Below are positions 26,901 through 38,829 of a stretch of DNA of 64,000 nt, piece after piece. Source of the DNA: Octopus vulgaris (Eukaryota). Location: positions 57,722,001-57,786,000 of the forward strand of contig OX597831.1 in assembly GCA_951406725.2 (NCBI GenBank), read 5' to 3'. How positions within the stretch are numbered: position 1 is the first letter of the stretch; each line of letters begins with the position of its first letter. The notes beneath the pieces were generated by a model. The model had not been told where the DNA came from and made no database searches. It saw only the letters and a program-made list of their open reading frames with translations. The translations under genes were made by a program, and so were the position numbers.

Positions 26901-28810
26901 AGCCGCCGAATCCTTCTCAGATTAAACCCTACTGACTTAAACAAGGAAGAACACATCAGAAAGTGTAGTCTCGGCTATCCTTAAAAATACGGAATGGTCA
27001 CAGCTGGAATGTTCGATAACAATTGACCTGGGCTAAAAAATGCCAGTGATACAGGGACATATAGGACCTTCCTGAAGTATCAGGAAGCTGCAGTGGTTCG
27101 TCTATGTTTAGAAGTTACGCGAGAGTGCCCTTGTATGATTGTTCGACGTGCTAGAAATAACAGCCAAATCCCCCTCAAATTATACCCAACTGTCTTGAAA
27201 TATCTGAAACAGATACGCAATGGTCACGGTTGAAATGTCTTACAGTGTAGGTCTGTTCCTTTAGAACTCACTCGGGGACTAAGCAACAACCAACGATATA
27301 CGTAATTAAAGAATGTAAAATAAAAATGTATACTTTACCATGTAGAAAGAAAAATAGCCGCTGCAGACCTCAGAATCTATTTTTCTTACACTAGATAAAT
27401 AAATTTAACACAAGGATGTGGTTGGGTGACGCTGAGGTATCCCTTTGTTGGGATAAGTTAGGATGAAGAAATGTGTAGGTAGGTTTTGTTATATGGGATT
27501 GTTGTTGTCCGATGATGATTGTGTCTTAGTACAGGGGTGGCAGTTACAGTTCACAAGTATTCCAACGAGAGCATCTCAAATTGTTTCTTAAATCTCTATC
27601 TCCCTCCCTCTCTCTCTCTCTTTTCTCTCATCTTTTATTTCCGTTTCTTCTCTCACTTCTTTCTTCTTATTTCACCCTCTTACACTGTCTTCTCGGTTCT
27701 CTTTCTTTTCTTCTCATTAAATTCCCGTTATTTCTGTTTCATGTTTTTCTTGTTTCTCTGTCTTCTCTTTTCTCTTTCTCGATCTTACCTTCTTGTATTA
27801 CACTCAAAATTAACGGATGTCTAGCCAATATTATGGAACGTATGAATACAATAATGTGCCATTTTCCTTTACAAATCAGAGACAATGCCTGTTTTCAAAA
27901 TATTTTACATACAATTTGCAAGGTGAGATACTACTTTCCTCAGCTGTCGACTAGAGAACAAAGATTTTAAACTCACCGTATCCAATCCTCAATGATACCA
28001 AACAACATTGGTGCAACCAAGGAATGTCCGGGTTCTTTTGGTCCACACTGCAGCATGTTTCTGCCCCCTCTGTTGTCCATGCAGCTATCACATCAAAGCG
28101 GGTGCAGCTGAAACTACTCCCAACCATGCAGCTAGTTTTGTTTTACTGCTTACTAAAGATTTGTTCTTCACTAACAATTTTGGCCTTTCTCGCGTTTCTA
28201 CCATATCCATAATTTTATATATATGCTCACACACTGACACATACATTTGTGCAGTATTGTAGGGCAGAATAGCAATATTTCCGCGTGTTTATGGAGGGAA
28301 AGTGGCTATTTGTTTTTTTATACATTCAATTGTATGAGATGCCGGTACGTAAACAGAGATACACATGCGTAGAAATTCTACATTACGCTCTACACACGCA
28401 CACACTTACGCGCGCGCGCGTGTGTATTTCAATCGATGAAATGGTCTTTACGAAAGCACGAATCGAAAAACAGTTGTAAGACTCTGAGAATAGACAACAT
28501 AAGACACGGAACCTATGAATATTTAATGTCATCGAAGTTCAGTAGGTCATAATAGGGAACTCCTTTCAACTTGTGAAGCAGGCATGAATGTGAATGTGTG
28601 CGCGGGCGCACACACACACACACCAGTTCACCTCATCCTCACACTTCCATACCCACACAAATGCATGCACGTATGCATACATACATAGAGAAAATGCAAA
28701 GTAAAGGAACCATCTTCGCGATCGCTCGATCTGCTAGAAATAGTAGCTAAATTTCAAACTGTTCTTCAAAAATAGAAAGTAAAAAAGACACGTAGGACAA
28801 TACTGTCATC
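23930..28810. repeat. Cluster of old, diverged dispersed repeats of about 200-250 bp (core GCTAGAAATAGCAGCCAAATCTCC)
   Basis: Copies near 23960-24200(-), 25080, 25270, 25560-25700(-), 26870, 27130, 28710; also near 13870, 14080, 15180(-), 21850. Confidence 0.65.
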
Positions 28811-28824
28811 GACATATGTATACT

Positions 28825-29198
28825 CTGTCATTTGACTGTGGCCATGCTGGAGCACCGCCTTTAGTCGAGCAAATCGACCCCAAGACTTATTCTTTGTAAG
28901 CTCAGTACTTATTCTATCGGTCTCTTTTGCCGAACCGCTAGGTTACAGCGGCGTAAACACCAGCATCGGTTGTCAAACGATATTGGGGGGACAAATACAG
29001 TCATACAAACATACACACGCACATGTGTATATATACGACAGGCTTCTTTCAGTTTCCGTCTACCAAATCCACTCACAAGGCTTTGGTCAGCCCGAGGTTA
29101 TAGTAGAAGACACTTACCCAAGGTGCCACGCAGTGGGACTGAACCCGGAACCATGTGGTTGGTAAGCAAGCTACTTACCACACAGCCACTCCTACGCC
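28825..29198 (-). mobile_element. SINE family A
   Basis: Near full-length match to family A. Confidence 0.85.
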
Positions 29199-29353
29199 TA
29201 TATAATCCTTTTACTTGTTTTGTCTTTAAGCCGGGTACTTATTCTATCGATTTCTTTTTGCCGAACCGCTAAGTTACAGGTTACGGGAATGCAGACTCAC
29301 CAACTGTGGTTGCCAAGTGGTGGTGGGGATAAACATAGACACAAAGACTCACA

Positions 29354-29389
<36 letters not shown>

Positions 29390-29395
<6 letters not shown>

Positions 29396-29715
29396 ACCCC
29401 CTTCGGTCATTCATGGCCGTGGGAGTGTACCTAGAAAGTTACCCTCCGAGACACAAGTCTGGGCAAGGTTGCTTATGGAAGACCAGCAGTCGCCCATTCA
29501 TACCAGCCTCCCCTCTCCATGCCACCGATGTTATCCAAAAGAAAGGCAAAGGCCGATATGGATTGTTACCAGTGACGTCGTAACTCATTTTTACAGTTGA
29601 GTAAACTAGAGCAACGTGAGATAAAGTGTCTTCGTCAAGAACACAACATACCGCCCAGTCCGGGAATTGAACTCACTACCTCATGATTGTGTGCCTGAAA
29701 CTCTAGCCACTGAGC
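29390..29715 (-). mobile_element. SINE family D
   Basis: Head GCTCAGTGGCTAGAG...GAGTTCAATTCCC on the minus strand; homologous to 8880-9240. Confidence 0.7.
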
Positions 29716-30209
29716 TATATATATAAAATAGGAGGGGGAATGTGTAATAGACTTTATTTGGTACAACACATGTTTCGACCCGTTATGGGTCTCTTCAGGC
29801 GCATCAATAAAAAGTCTCACTAGAGATTTCTTGAGTCGGCTTACGCACCGCTATATGTCCGTCAAATTCGAAATGTACCTGAAGAGACCCAGAACAGGCC
29901 GAAACGTGTTGCACCCAATAAAGTCTATAACACATTCCATCTTCTATTTTATTAATACTGTTACCCCAACCGCCACTACAAAGTCCCTACAGTAAATCTA
30001 CGGATATATATATATATATATATATACAGAGAGAGAGAGAGAGAAGCAGGTGAAATGGAATTTAATACGTAAATCTTGAGCAAATGTGATATGTAACTCA
30101 TGAAACTCTTTGCTCTGAAGTAACTTATATGTGTGTGTGAGTGTGTGTGTGCGTACGCGCGCGTGCATTTACGCACGCGTGTATATTTTAATTATTAGCC
30201 TGTTAGCCA

Positions 30210-30736
30210 GTGGAGGCGCAATGGCCCAGGGATTAGGGTAGTGGACTCGCAGTCGTAGGATCGCAGTTTCGATTCCCAGACCGGGCGCTGTGAGTGTTTA
30301 TTGAGCGAAAACACCTGAAAGCTCCACTAGGCTCCGGCAGGTGGTGGTGGTGAACCCTGCTGTACTCTTTCACCACAACTTTCTCGCACTCTTTCTTCCT
30401 GTTTCTGTTGTTCCTGTATTTCAAAGGGCCAGCCTTGTCCCACTCTGTGTCACGCTGGATCTCCCCGAGAACTATGTTAAGGGTACATGTGTCTGTGGAG
30501 TATTCAGCCTCTTGCACGTTAATTTCACGAGCAGGCTGTTCCAAGCAAGAAGAAAGAGCAAGAGAAAGTTGTGGTGAAAAAATATAGCAGGGTTCGCCAC
30601 CACCCCCTGGCGGAGCCTTGTGGAGCTTTTAGGTGTTTTCACTCAATAAACACTCACAACGCCCGGTCTGGGAATCAAAACCATGAGCCCACGACCGCGA
30701 GTCTGCTACCCTAACCGCTGGGCCATTGCGCCTCCA
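30210..30736. mobile_element. Two SINE family C copies (GTGGAGGCGCAATGGCCCAG tRNA-like head) in inverted, tail-to-tail orientation
   Basis: + copy about 30210-30542, - copy about 30545-30736; another - copy at about 9245-9532; B-box-like GTTTCGATTCCC. Confidence 0.85.
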
Positions 30737-31320
30737 TACACACACACTATATATATACAACGAACATCTTTCAGTTTCCGTCTACCACGCACAAAGGTTT
30801 GGTCAGTCCGGGGTTATAGTAAAAGACTCCAGACTCTTGCTATAGGTACCATACATTGGGACTGATCCCAAGACTATATGGTTGGGAAGTAAGCTTCTTA
30901 ACCACACGGCTACGTCTGATGCAATGTATCCATTGTTTAAAAAATAAAAAAAAAAATTAAATTCATCTATTTTGACCACAAAATTACAGCAGCTTACAAA
31001 GTACAGCAGGAAGCGTTTAATAGTCGAAAGACTGATAAAGGTCACAATTATTTTTCAGAATGATTTCTTGTTTCTTTCAACAAAGAAAAGAAAAAAAAAA
31101 TAGGGAAAAACAAAAAAAGAAAACGGATTGTGTGTTCAAAAGGTTATTTAGCAGATTGCTCTTAAAAAATGCTGCTGTTTCACTGAGGTCAGCACAGATT
31201 TTGTCTAAAGCGTCATCAACACAGTAATTATTCTATCTTGTTTCCAGCAGAGGTGAAACGTATGCGAAAAGAGTGAAACATTTATGTTATAGAGTAATTT
31301 ATGTAAGTAGAACAAAAATG

Positions 31321-31999
31321 GGATCTTTACCTTTTGACCAACAGATTTAGAAAATAATTTTTTGTAACTAAACACTTTCAAACTTCGGACACTGGTAGAA
31401 TGTGTCATAAAACATCTTTTACTCTTAGCATTTTTGGGAAAAACTTATATTTACGAAGTTATTTCACATTAAAGTTATCGTATTTCAGTAATTTCAACCA
31501 ATCAATGATGTGTATTCAGCTGAATAAAATTACTGCCGTTGTTTGTCAACAAGAACTTCCGGTGGTGCATATTTCGTTTGTCACTGTTATTTATGACAAC
31601 CCTAACCCCAAAACCCTAACCCTAAAACCTTAACCCTAACCCTAAAACCCTAACCCTAACCCTAAAACCCTAACCCCCTAACCCTGAAACCTTAAAACCT
31701 GTACAAATGCACAAACGATGTCATAAATAACAGTGACACACGAAAAATACACTGCTGATAGTTGTTGTTGACAAACAACGGCAGTAATTTTATTCAGCTG
31801 AATACACATCATTGATTGATTGAAATTACCGAAATACGAGAACTTTAGCGCGAAATAACTTCGTAAATATAAGTTTTTCTCAAAAATGCTCAGAGTAAAA
31901 GATGTTTTATATGACACATTCTTCCAGTGTCCAAAGTTTGAAAGTGTTTAGTTACAAAAAATTAAATTTTAAATCTGTAGGTCAAAAGGTAGAAGATCC
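31321..31999. mobile_element. Foldback element with arms of about 278 bp and a telomeric-repeat core (Merlin-like family)
   Basis: GGATCTT...AAGATCC ends, exact 8 bp TSD CAAAAATG (31313-31320; 32000-32007); arms about 31321-31597 and 31719-31999 are reverse complements; core of AACCCT/AAAACCCT repeats at 31598-31700. Confidence 0.9.
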
Positions 32000-32499
32000 C
32001 AAAAATGAACAAATAGAAATAACTCTGTGACCAGTAGTGTAGGGTTCACATGATTCCGAAGCTCAATCCTACAGTGTGACACCTTAGGCAGGAATCTTCT
32101 ACTATAGCCTTGTGAGCGAATTTGGTAGGTGGAAACTGAAAGATGCCCACCGTGCATGTGCGTGTTCTTGTGTTTGTCTCCCACTACCACTTGAAAACCG
32201 GTGTTGGTTTGTATACATCCCTGTAGTATAGCAGTTCAGCAAAAAATACCAAGAGAATATGTACCAGACTTTAAAAAAATAAATACTGGTACCGATTTGT
32301 TTGACTAAACTCTTCAAGAGAGTGCTACAGCATGGCCAAAGTCCATGAGTGAAACAAGAAAACAAAAATAAAAAAGATAAATAACAGCGAATAAAGATAT
32401 ATTAAATACCACACAAAATAAATTCTCCATTCATTGGAATTGCATATACACTCACATACGTACACATGTGTATGTATATAGATACCTTTTCTTTCCTTG

Positions 32500-33098
32500 G
32501 TCATTAAACTCTGCTTGCGAAGACCTGTTGAGGCAAGTGAAATCAAAATCAAATCAAATTCGACAACTGGCATCCGTGCTAGCGGGGTGCAAAGAGCACC
32601 ATATGAGGGTGATCGTTGACAGAGTGGCTAACTGGCTTCTGCGCCAGTGGCACATAAAAGGGCACCATTCGAGTGTGATCATTACCAGCATCGCCTTACT
32701 GGCACTTGTGCCCGTGCTAGTAGGGTGCGAAGAGCACCATCCGAGAATGATCGTTGCCAGAGCAGCCAACTGGCTCCATGCCGGTGGCACGTAAAAGGGC
32801 ACCATTCGAGTGTGATCGTTACTAACGTCACCTTACTGGCACCTGTGCTGGTGGCATGTATAAAAGGATCCGAGCGAGGTCGTTGCCGGTACCGCCTGAC
32901 TGGCCCCGTGCCGGAGGTACATAAAAAGCACCCACTACACTCTCGGAGTGGTTGGCGTTAGGAAGGGCATCCTGCTGTAGAAACTCTGCCAGATCAAGAT
33001 TGGAGCCTGGTGTGGCCGTCTGGTTCACCAGCCCTCAATCAAAATCATCCAACCCATGCTAACATGGAAAGCGGACGTTAAACGATGATGATGATGAT
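32500..33098 (+). mobile_element. RTE-LINE 3' UTR with internal tandem repeats and (GAT)n tail
   Basis: GAAGACCTGTTGAGGCAAGTGAAATC...GGCGTTAGGAAGGGCATCC...CATGGAAAGCGGACGTTAAACGATGATGATG; same 3' end as the RTE at 60568-61532. Confidence 0.75.
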
Positions 33099-33639
33099 AC
33101 CAGGAATGTGCCGCGTGGGTAGCAAAAGTAGGCAGTGCCTACCCTGAATAAAATAGATGGATTGTAACATTTTCCTTTTATGGCAAAATCTGCACATAAT
33201 CCAATAAAACTATGAAGGTTACTCTGATTATTATGCATAAATGCAAAATATTTAATTTTTTTTTTTTTTTTGTAGATTAGGTAGGCATAATTCGCCCTTC
33301 CTTTCGAATCTCAGTATTGAAGCTACGCATAGTACTGCTGTAGTACATGTGCTGCGTACATTCCTACAACAACGTTTTCTTTATGCGTTATAAAGGCAGC
33401 AGTATATCTGCCTTCAACTCAGTAGCGTGCTTGTGTTTCACTTATTTTTTGGTGTTTCACTACATAAACGTAACCAACAGCCTACCCTGAGTAATTATTG
33501 ATGGCACATATGTAACGCATGTGTATGGATATAGTCTATTCTATTTTTTTAATTATTATAAATCTTCCACTGAAGAGGGAGCTGGTTTCCAACAAAGATA
33601 CAAGACTCCATCTTTGGAATGTAGTTAACACAGACAAAT

Positions 33640-34350
33640 TCATATTTGGAACTTGATAAAAGTCTTGCATATTTTTACTGTTCCACTCACAGATTGCAGT
33701 TGTAATGTACGAATTAGCCAGTCGATTTCTCTTTCTGAAAATCCCAGTTTATCCAGCTTCTCCTTTAAGCATTTACTAACAAAACCTAGTGCTCCAATTA
33801 TTATTGGTATGAATATGAATTCATATTCTGGATATAGAAGCTTGGAAGTTTCAAAGCAGTTGTCCATAGATTTTGTCCTTTGATTTTCGAAGAGATATTA
33901 TAACTACAGGGCAGCTGACCTCTATGACGGTACATACCTTTGCCCCTCTGTCCCAAACAACAATATCTGGCTTATTATGCTTACATTTGAAAGAAGTTTT
34001 GATGGGAATATTCCACTAGTATTCCTTGAGTTGGTGTTTATGAATGTATTCTATAACAGAGAGGGATTTTCAAAGTTTATTTCAGAACAGTGTTTTTTGT
34101 GGATGACACTGTAAATTGTTTGAGCAACATCGGGCCGCATAGTGAGATAGTACCGCGATGACATTTTAGGACAGCTGTTAATCACATGCGTATTGTCTTC
34201 CACAGTAACATGACATAGCCTACATATGCAGTTGCACCTTGGGATTGCAAAAGCATCACTGTCTCTCTTGTTCACTAGATACTTTGTGGCAATCTTCTGT
34301 TCCTGGATTGCAAACGCATAGCCTTCAAAGTGTGATGTAATGTAGTGGTC
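33640..34350 (-). mobile_element. R4/Dong-clade LINE C-terminal fragment (CCHC knuckle plus restriction-like endonuclease)
   Basis: EGYAFAIQEQKIATKY, CRLCHVTVEDNTHVINSCP, HNKPDIVVWD...IEVSCP, YEFIFIPIIIGALGFV. Confidence 0.85.
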
Positions 34351-35461
34351 TTGTGTATGTATGTATGTATGTCATTTATCTTTTGGACTGCGGCCATGCT
34401 GAAGCACCGCCTCAAAAAATTTTTAGATAAATGAATCGACACCAGTACATATTTATTTTGTTAGGCCCGACACTTGTTCTATCGGTTTCTTAGCCAGGTT
34501 ACCGGAATGTAAATACAACATCAGTTGTTGAGCAGTACTGGAGCACACACACACACACACATACACACACACGTATGCACATATAGATATGACGGAATTC
34601 TTTCAGTTTCCGTTTACCAAATATACTCACAAAGCTTCGGTCGGCCCGAATCTATAGTTATATAAACTCATATAAGTTAAATGTGCAATATATGGATTAT
34701 AGAATCCTGCGGTAACCACAAAAAAGCTCCTTGTAGATATATATATATATATATATATATATGTTGAACCGTCCAACCCATGCTAGCATGGAAAACGAAT
34801 GTTAAATGATGATGATGATGATGATATATATATATATATATATATATCAAAATGTAACCACATGTGAATCGTTGGCGATTTTCTTCCTCCGTCTTCCCTT
34901 CTATTGGACTTTCCTCTATTTCGGAAGAAGAGCATCTGCTCAAAACGTTAAACCATCTTTCTTTCCTTCCCTGAGTGTCTGCTAATACTTTACATGTACC
35001 ATGTCCTCTCGTTGTTGTTTTTTGTGTTTATTCTTTTTTAGATTTACTATTTATATATATATATATATATAAATTAAAGAAAAAACACTATTATATAATT
35101 CAAACAATGATACACATAAACCATATCATATAGAAAAACTAAAACATGTTATAAAACATATATCTAGATCACAAAAAGTACATAATAATGAATAAACTTA
35201 TTATATAAGTACTTATTATATAATGTTTATTCATTATTATGTACTTTTTGTGATCTTCATTGTTATGTACTTTTTGTGATCTAGATATATGTTTTATAAT
35301 ATATTTTATTTTTTCTATATGATATGGTTCATGTGTATCATTGTTTGAATTATATAATAGTGGTTTTTCTCTAATTTATATGTATTATATATTTATATTG
35401 TGAAATTTGATTTAATACTAAATTGAATTTTTCCCTGTAAGTTTGGAGTTATACTCCCAAA

Positions 35462-35604
<143 letters not shown>

Positions 35605-35610
35605 CATACA

Positions 35611-36841
35611 CAGGGAGCATAAGGTATTTGAGGGCATACCTTTTGGGGGTCATAACTGATCTTTGTTTCAGAAAATAATAATGGCAGACCCTCACCTTAC
35701 TCAAGAAATGAAGAGACATGCTGTTATTGTGGCTATAAAGGTTGAACATAATGATTTAGAAATATATTGAGTTTTATAAGTTGCCATATCTTTCATCTAC
35801 AAAGTTTGTAAGGAGCTAGAGACTGAAGATGGAAATGTGTTATCAGTATCAAAGCATAAAAAGCATTCTAAATGCTCTGAAATCATCAGAACACCTGAAT
35901 TTATCCAGCAAGTTCAACAGGCCATTGATTTCAATCCCAGAAAGTCCATGAGGTCAACTGCAAAAGATCTCCATGTGTCAGAAAGAACAGTCAGAACTGT
36001 TCTCCACAAATACATCATATATAAGTCTTATATGATGAGGAAAGGTGAATTTATGTTAGAAAAAGCCAAAAAAAAAAAAAGAATCACTACATCAAATCTG
36101 AAAAATCCAGCAGAAGACTTGATTTGGTTTTTCTCAGACGAGAAAAACTTTGACCAAGATCAAAAAGTTAACAGAAGAAATGACAGATGGTTATGTGTAG
36201 ACTCTTCTGAAGTTCCAAGTGTGATGCATACAAAATTTCCTGCAACTGTGATGGTTTTAGGGGTTGTCAGCAATGAAGGGCATGTGATGCCTCCTTACTT
36301 CTTTCCACAAGGCCTTAGATTTAAACTCTGCTTCATACATTGAGGTCCTGGAAATGATTGTCAAGCCCTGGATAGACAGTGTAGGCAATGGAAGGCCATA
36401 TGTGTTTCTGTAAGATTCTGCACTATGACATATGCCTCTAGTAACATAAGAATGGATGGTTGAAAATTTTCTTAATCACATAATCCCTAACATTTGGCCT
36501 CCTAATTCCCCAGATCTCAATCCATTGGATTATTGCATGTGGAGCATTGTTGAGAGAGAGAAGTCAATGAATATGCCCATAACACCAAAGACTCTATGAA
36601 ATCTGCCATAGTCAGAGTAATGTCCAAAATGAACCAGGACCACTTGATTCGAGCATGTAGATGACTTAGATCTCATATAGAAGCAATTATTGAAGCTGAA
36701 GGTGGCTTTATTGAAAAACATTATAGAAAAGAAGGTTTATTTTAATCCTCATAGCATTTTATGATAAATAAAGTTATTATCTGTTATTATATATGTTTTC
36801 TTATAAACATAAATCTGTCCTCAAATATCTTACGCACCATG
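35611..36841 (+). mobile_element. Full-length but inactivated Tc1/mariner element, DD37D (maT) type
   Basis: Imperfect TIRs CAGGGAGCATAAGGTATTTGAGGGCA vs rc CATGGTGCGTAAGATATTTGAGGACA (21/26). Transposase from ATG 35681 with FSDEKNF, DSA and WPPNSPDLNPLDY; 37 codons between D2 and D3; several stops and frameshifts. Confidence 0.9.
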
Positions 36842-37861
36842 TATGTGTGTGTGTGTGTGTAATTGTTTCAAAGCAGGGATTTAGACTCACATTGCACTTT
36901 GTAAGGTACTGTGTTTCATAAACGATAAAGTTTTTTCTCTCTTTTAACCATGGCATTTTCCTTCTCATCTCAAAAACTTCCTGTGCACCTATGGACCAAA
37001 CAAGGCACATCTGTGCAGCATGGCAGTGGGAAAATATCTGTCCTACGATAAAAGTTTGGTACTAGATTTTGATTACTGGTTAGGACCACTTCACTGAAAG
37101 CCTACCATTGATGCACTTCAGAAAACTTATTTCTTTACTACCCACAAGGGGCTAAACACAGAGAGGACAAACAAGGACAGACAAACGGATTAAGTCGATT
37201 ATATTGACTCCAGTGTATAACTGGTACTTATTTAATCGACCCCGAAAAGATGAAAGGCAAAGTCGACCTCAGCGGAATTTGAACCCAGAACGTAGCAGCA
37301 GATGAAATGCTGCTCTACATTTCGCCCGGCATGCTAACGATTCTGCCCGCTCACCGCCGAAAAACGCAGAAAACCAAACTTCAGAAAACCATAACATCAC
37401 AACTTAACATTTTGCTTCTAACACCCACTTGCCTGTAAATATACTTGAGACTTGATGCTTAAAGAATAAATCAATAATTTAAGTGACTTCGAATAAAGCC
37501 GATGCTTCATAGCTTAAAGATTTTCTGTGGCATTAAATGATTTTATTTTGTACTGAATGGTAAAGATAGAAAACAGAATGCAATAAAATTAAAATACTGC
37601 AAAACCACTGCAGCAATCGATATTTTTATCACATAGCATCAAGAGCATTTGCAATGGAATAATATATTTTAGCATGAAAAATGACAGAGACTGTAGATAA
37701 ACAGAGACAAGAAAGAAGCATGGTTGGGTGTTAAAATGCTTTTTTCCCAACGACATGGTTCTGTGTTCAGTCACAATGCATGGCACCTTGGGCAAATGAT
37801 GTTTACTTAGCTTCGGGCCGACCATAGTTTTGTTTAGTGGATTTGGTAGACAGAAACTAAA

Positions 37862-38265
37862 AGGCGGCGAGCTGGCAGAAACCTTAGCACTCCATGCGAC
37901 ATGTTTAGCGGTATTTCGTCTGCTGTTACGTTATGAGTTCAAATTCCGTCGAGGTCAACTTTGCCTTTCATCCTTTCGGGGTCGATAAATTAAGTACCAG
38001 TTATGAACTGGGGTCGATCTAATCGACTTAATCCCTTTGTCTGTCCTTGTTTGTCCTCTATATGTTTAGCCCTTTGTGGGTAGTAAAGAAATAGGTATTT
38101 CATCTGTCTTTATATTCCGAGTTCAAATTCCACTGAGGTTGACTTTGCCTTTCATCCTTTCGGGGTCGATAAATTAAGTACCAGTTATGCACTGGGGTCG
38201 ATCTAATCGACTTAATCCTTGTTTGTCCCCTCTATGTTTAGCCCCCTGTGGGCAATAAAGAAATA
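37862..38265 (+). mobile_element. SINE family B with internal partial duplication, inserted into a family A SINE
   Basis: Family A sequence stops at ...gaaactaaaagg (about 37862) and resumes gaaactaaaaggagccc at about 38267. Confidence 0.8.
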
Positions 38266-38451
38266 AGAAACTAAAAGGAGCCCATTGCATCTCTCTCTCT
38301 CTCTATAAATATCTACGTATGTGTCTTTGTGTCTGTGTTTGTCCCCACTACCACTTGACAACCGATGTTAGTGTGTTTATGTCCCCATAACTTAGCAGTT
38401 TGGCAAAAGACACCAATAGAATAAGTGATAGGCTGAACAAAAAAAAAAAAT

Positions 38452-38700
38452 GGATCTTTTCTATTTGACTGCCAAGGTCAATTTCTGTTCGAATTGATTC
38501 AGTGCAATAATACACTTTTATAGGCTAATCAATGCCTTGATAATCATTTTCGCCATAAATCAATAAATAAGAGTTATTAGGTATTAAAGTTTGAAAATTT
38601 TGGGTAATTTTAGCCAATCGTAAGCCACTGATACATTCATGCCTGTTTCCAGAGTATCAAGCCGAACATAAGAATACTTTTGTCTGCGAGAAAGCACATG
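38452..38700 (+). mobile_element. Truncated relative of the GGATC-TIR family
   Basis: Starts GGATCTTTTCTATTTGAC and contains TTAAAGTT...GTAATTTTAGCCAATC, similar to the foldback arm; no right end seen. Confidence 0.4.
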
Positions 38701-38829
38701 TTAACAGGTATATTGAAACCACTAGTTGACGCTGTGTTCTACTGTTTTACTCACCTGGAAATGTTACCAACACTGAGAACAGAGGAGGATGCTGTGTAAT
38801 ACCTACAAGTACAGGAGATATGAAAATTG

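Noticed and set aside
30210-30290. tRNA genes (also heads at 12680, 19793, 29640-29715)
   Set aside because: The tRNA-like heads continue directly into SINE bodies; no convincing full cloverleaf
31598-31700. True telomere or chromosome fusion scar
   Set aside because: Short, single orientation, and enclosed within a TIR element with an exact TSD
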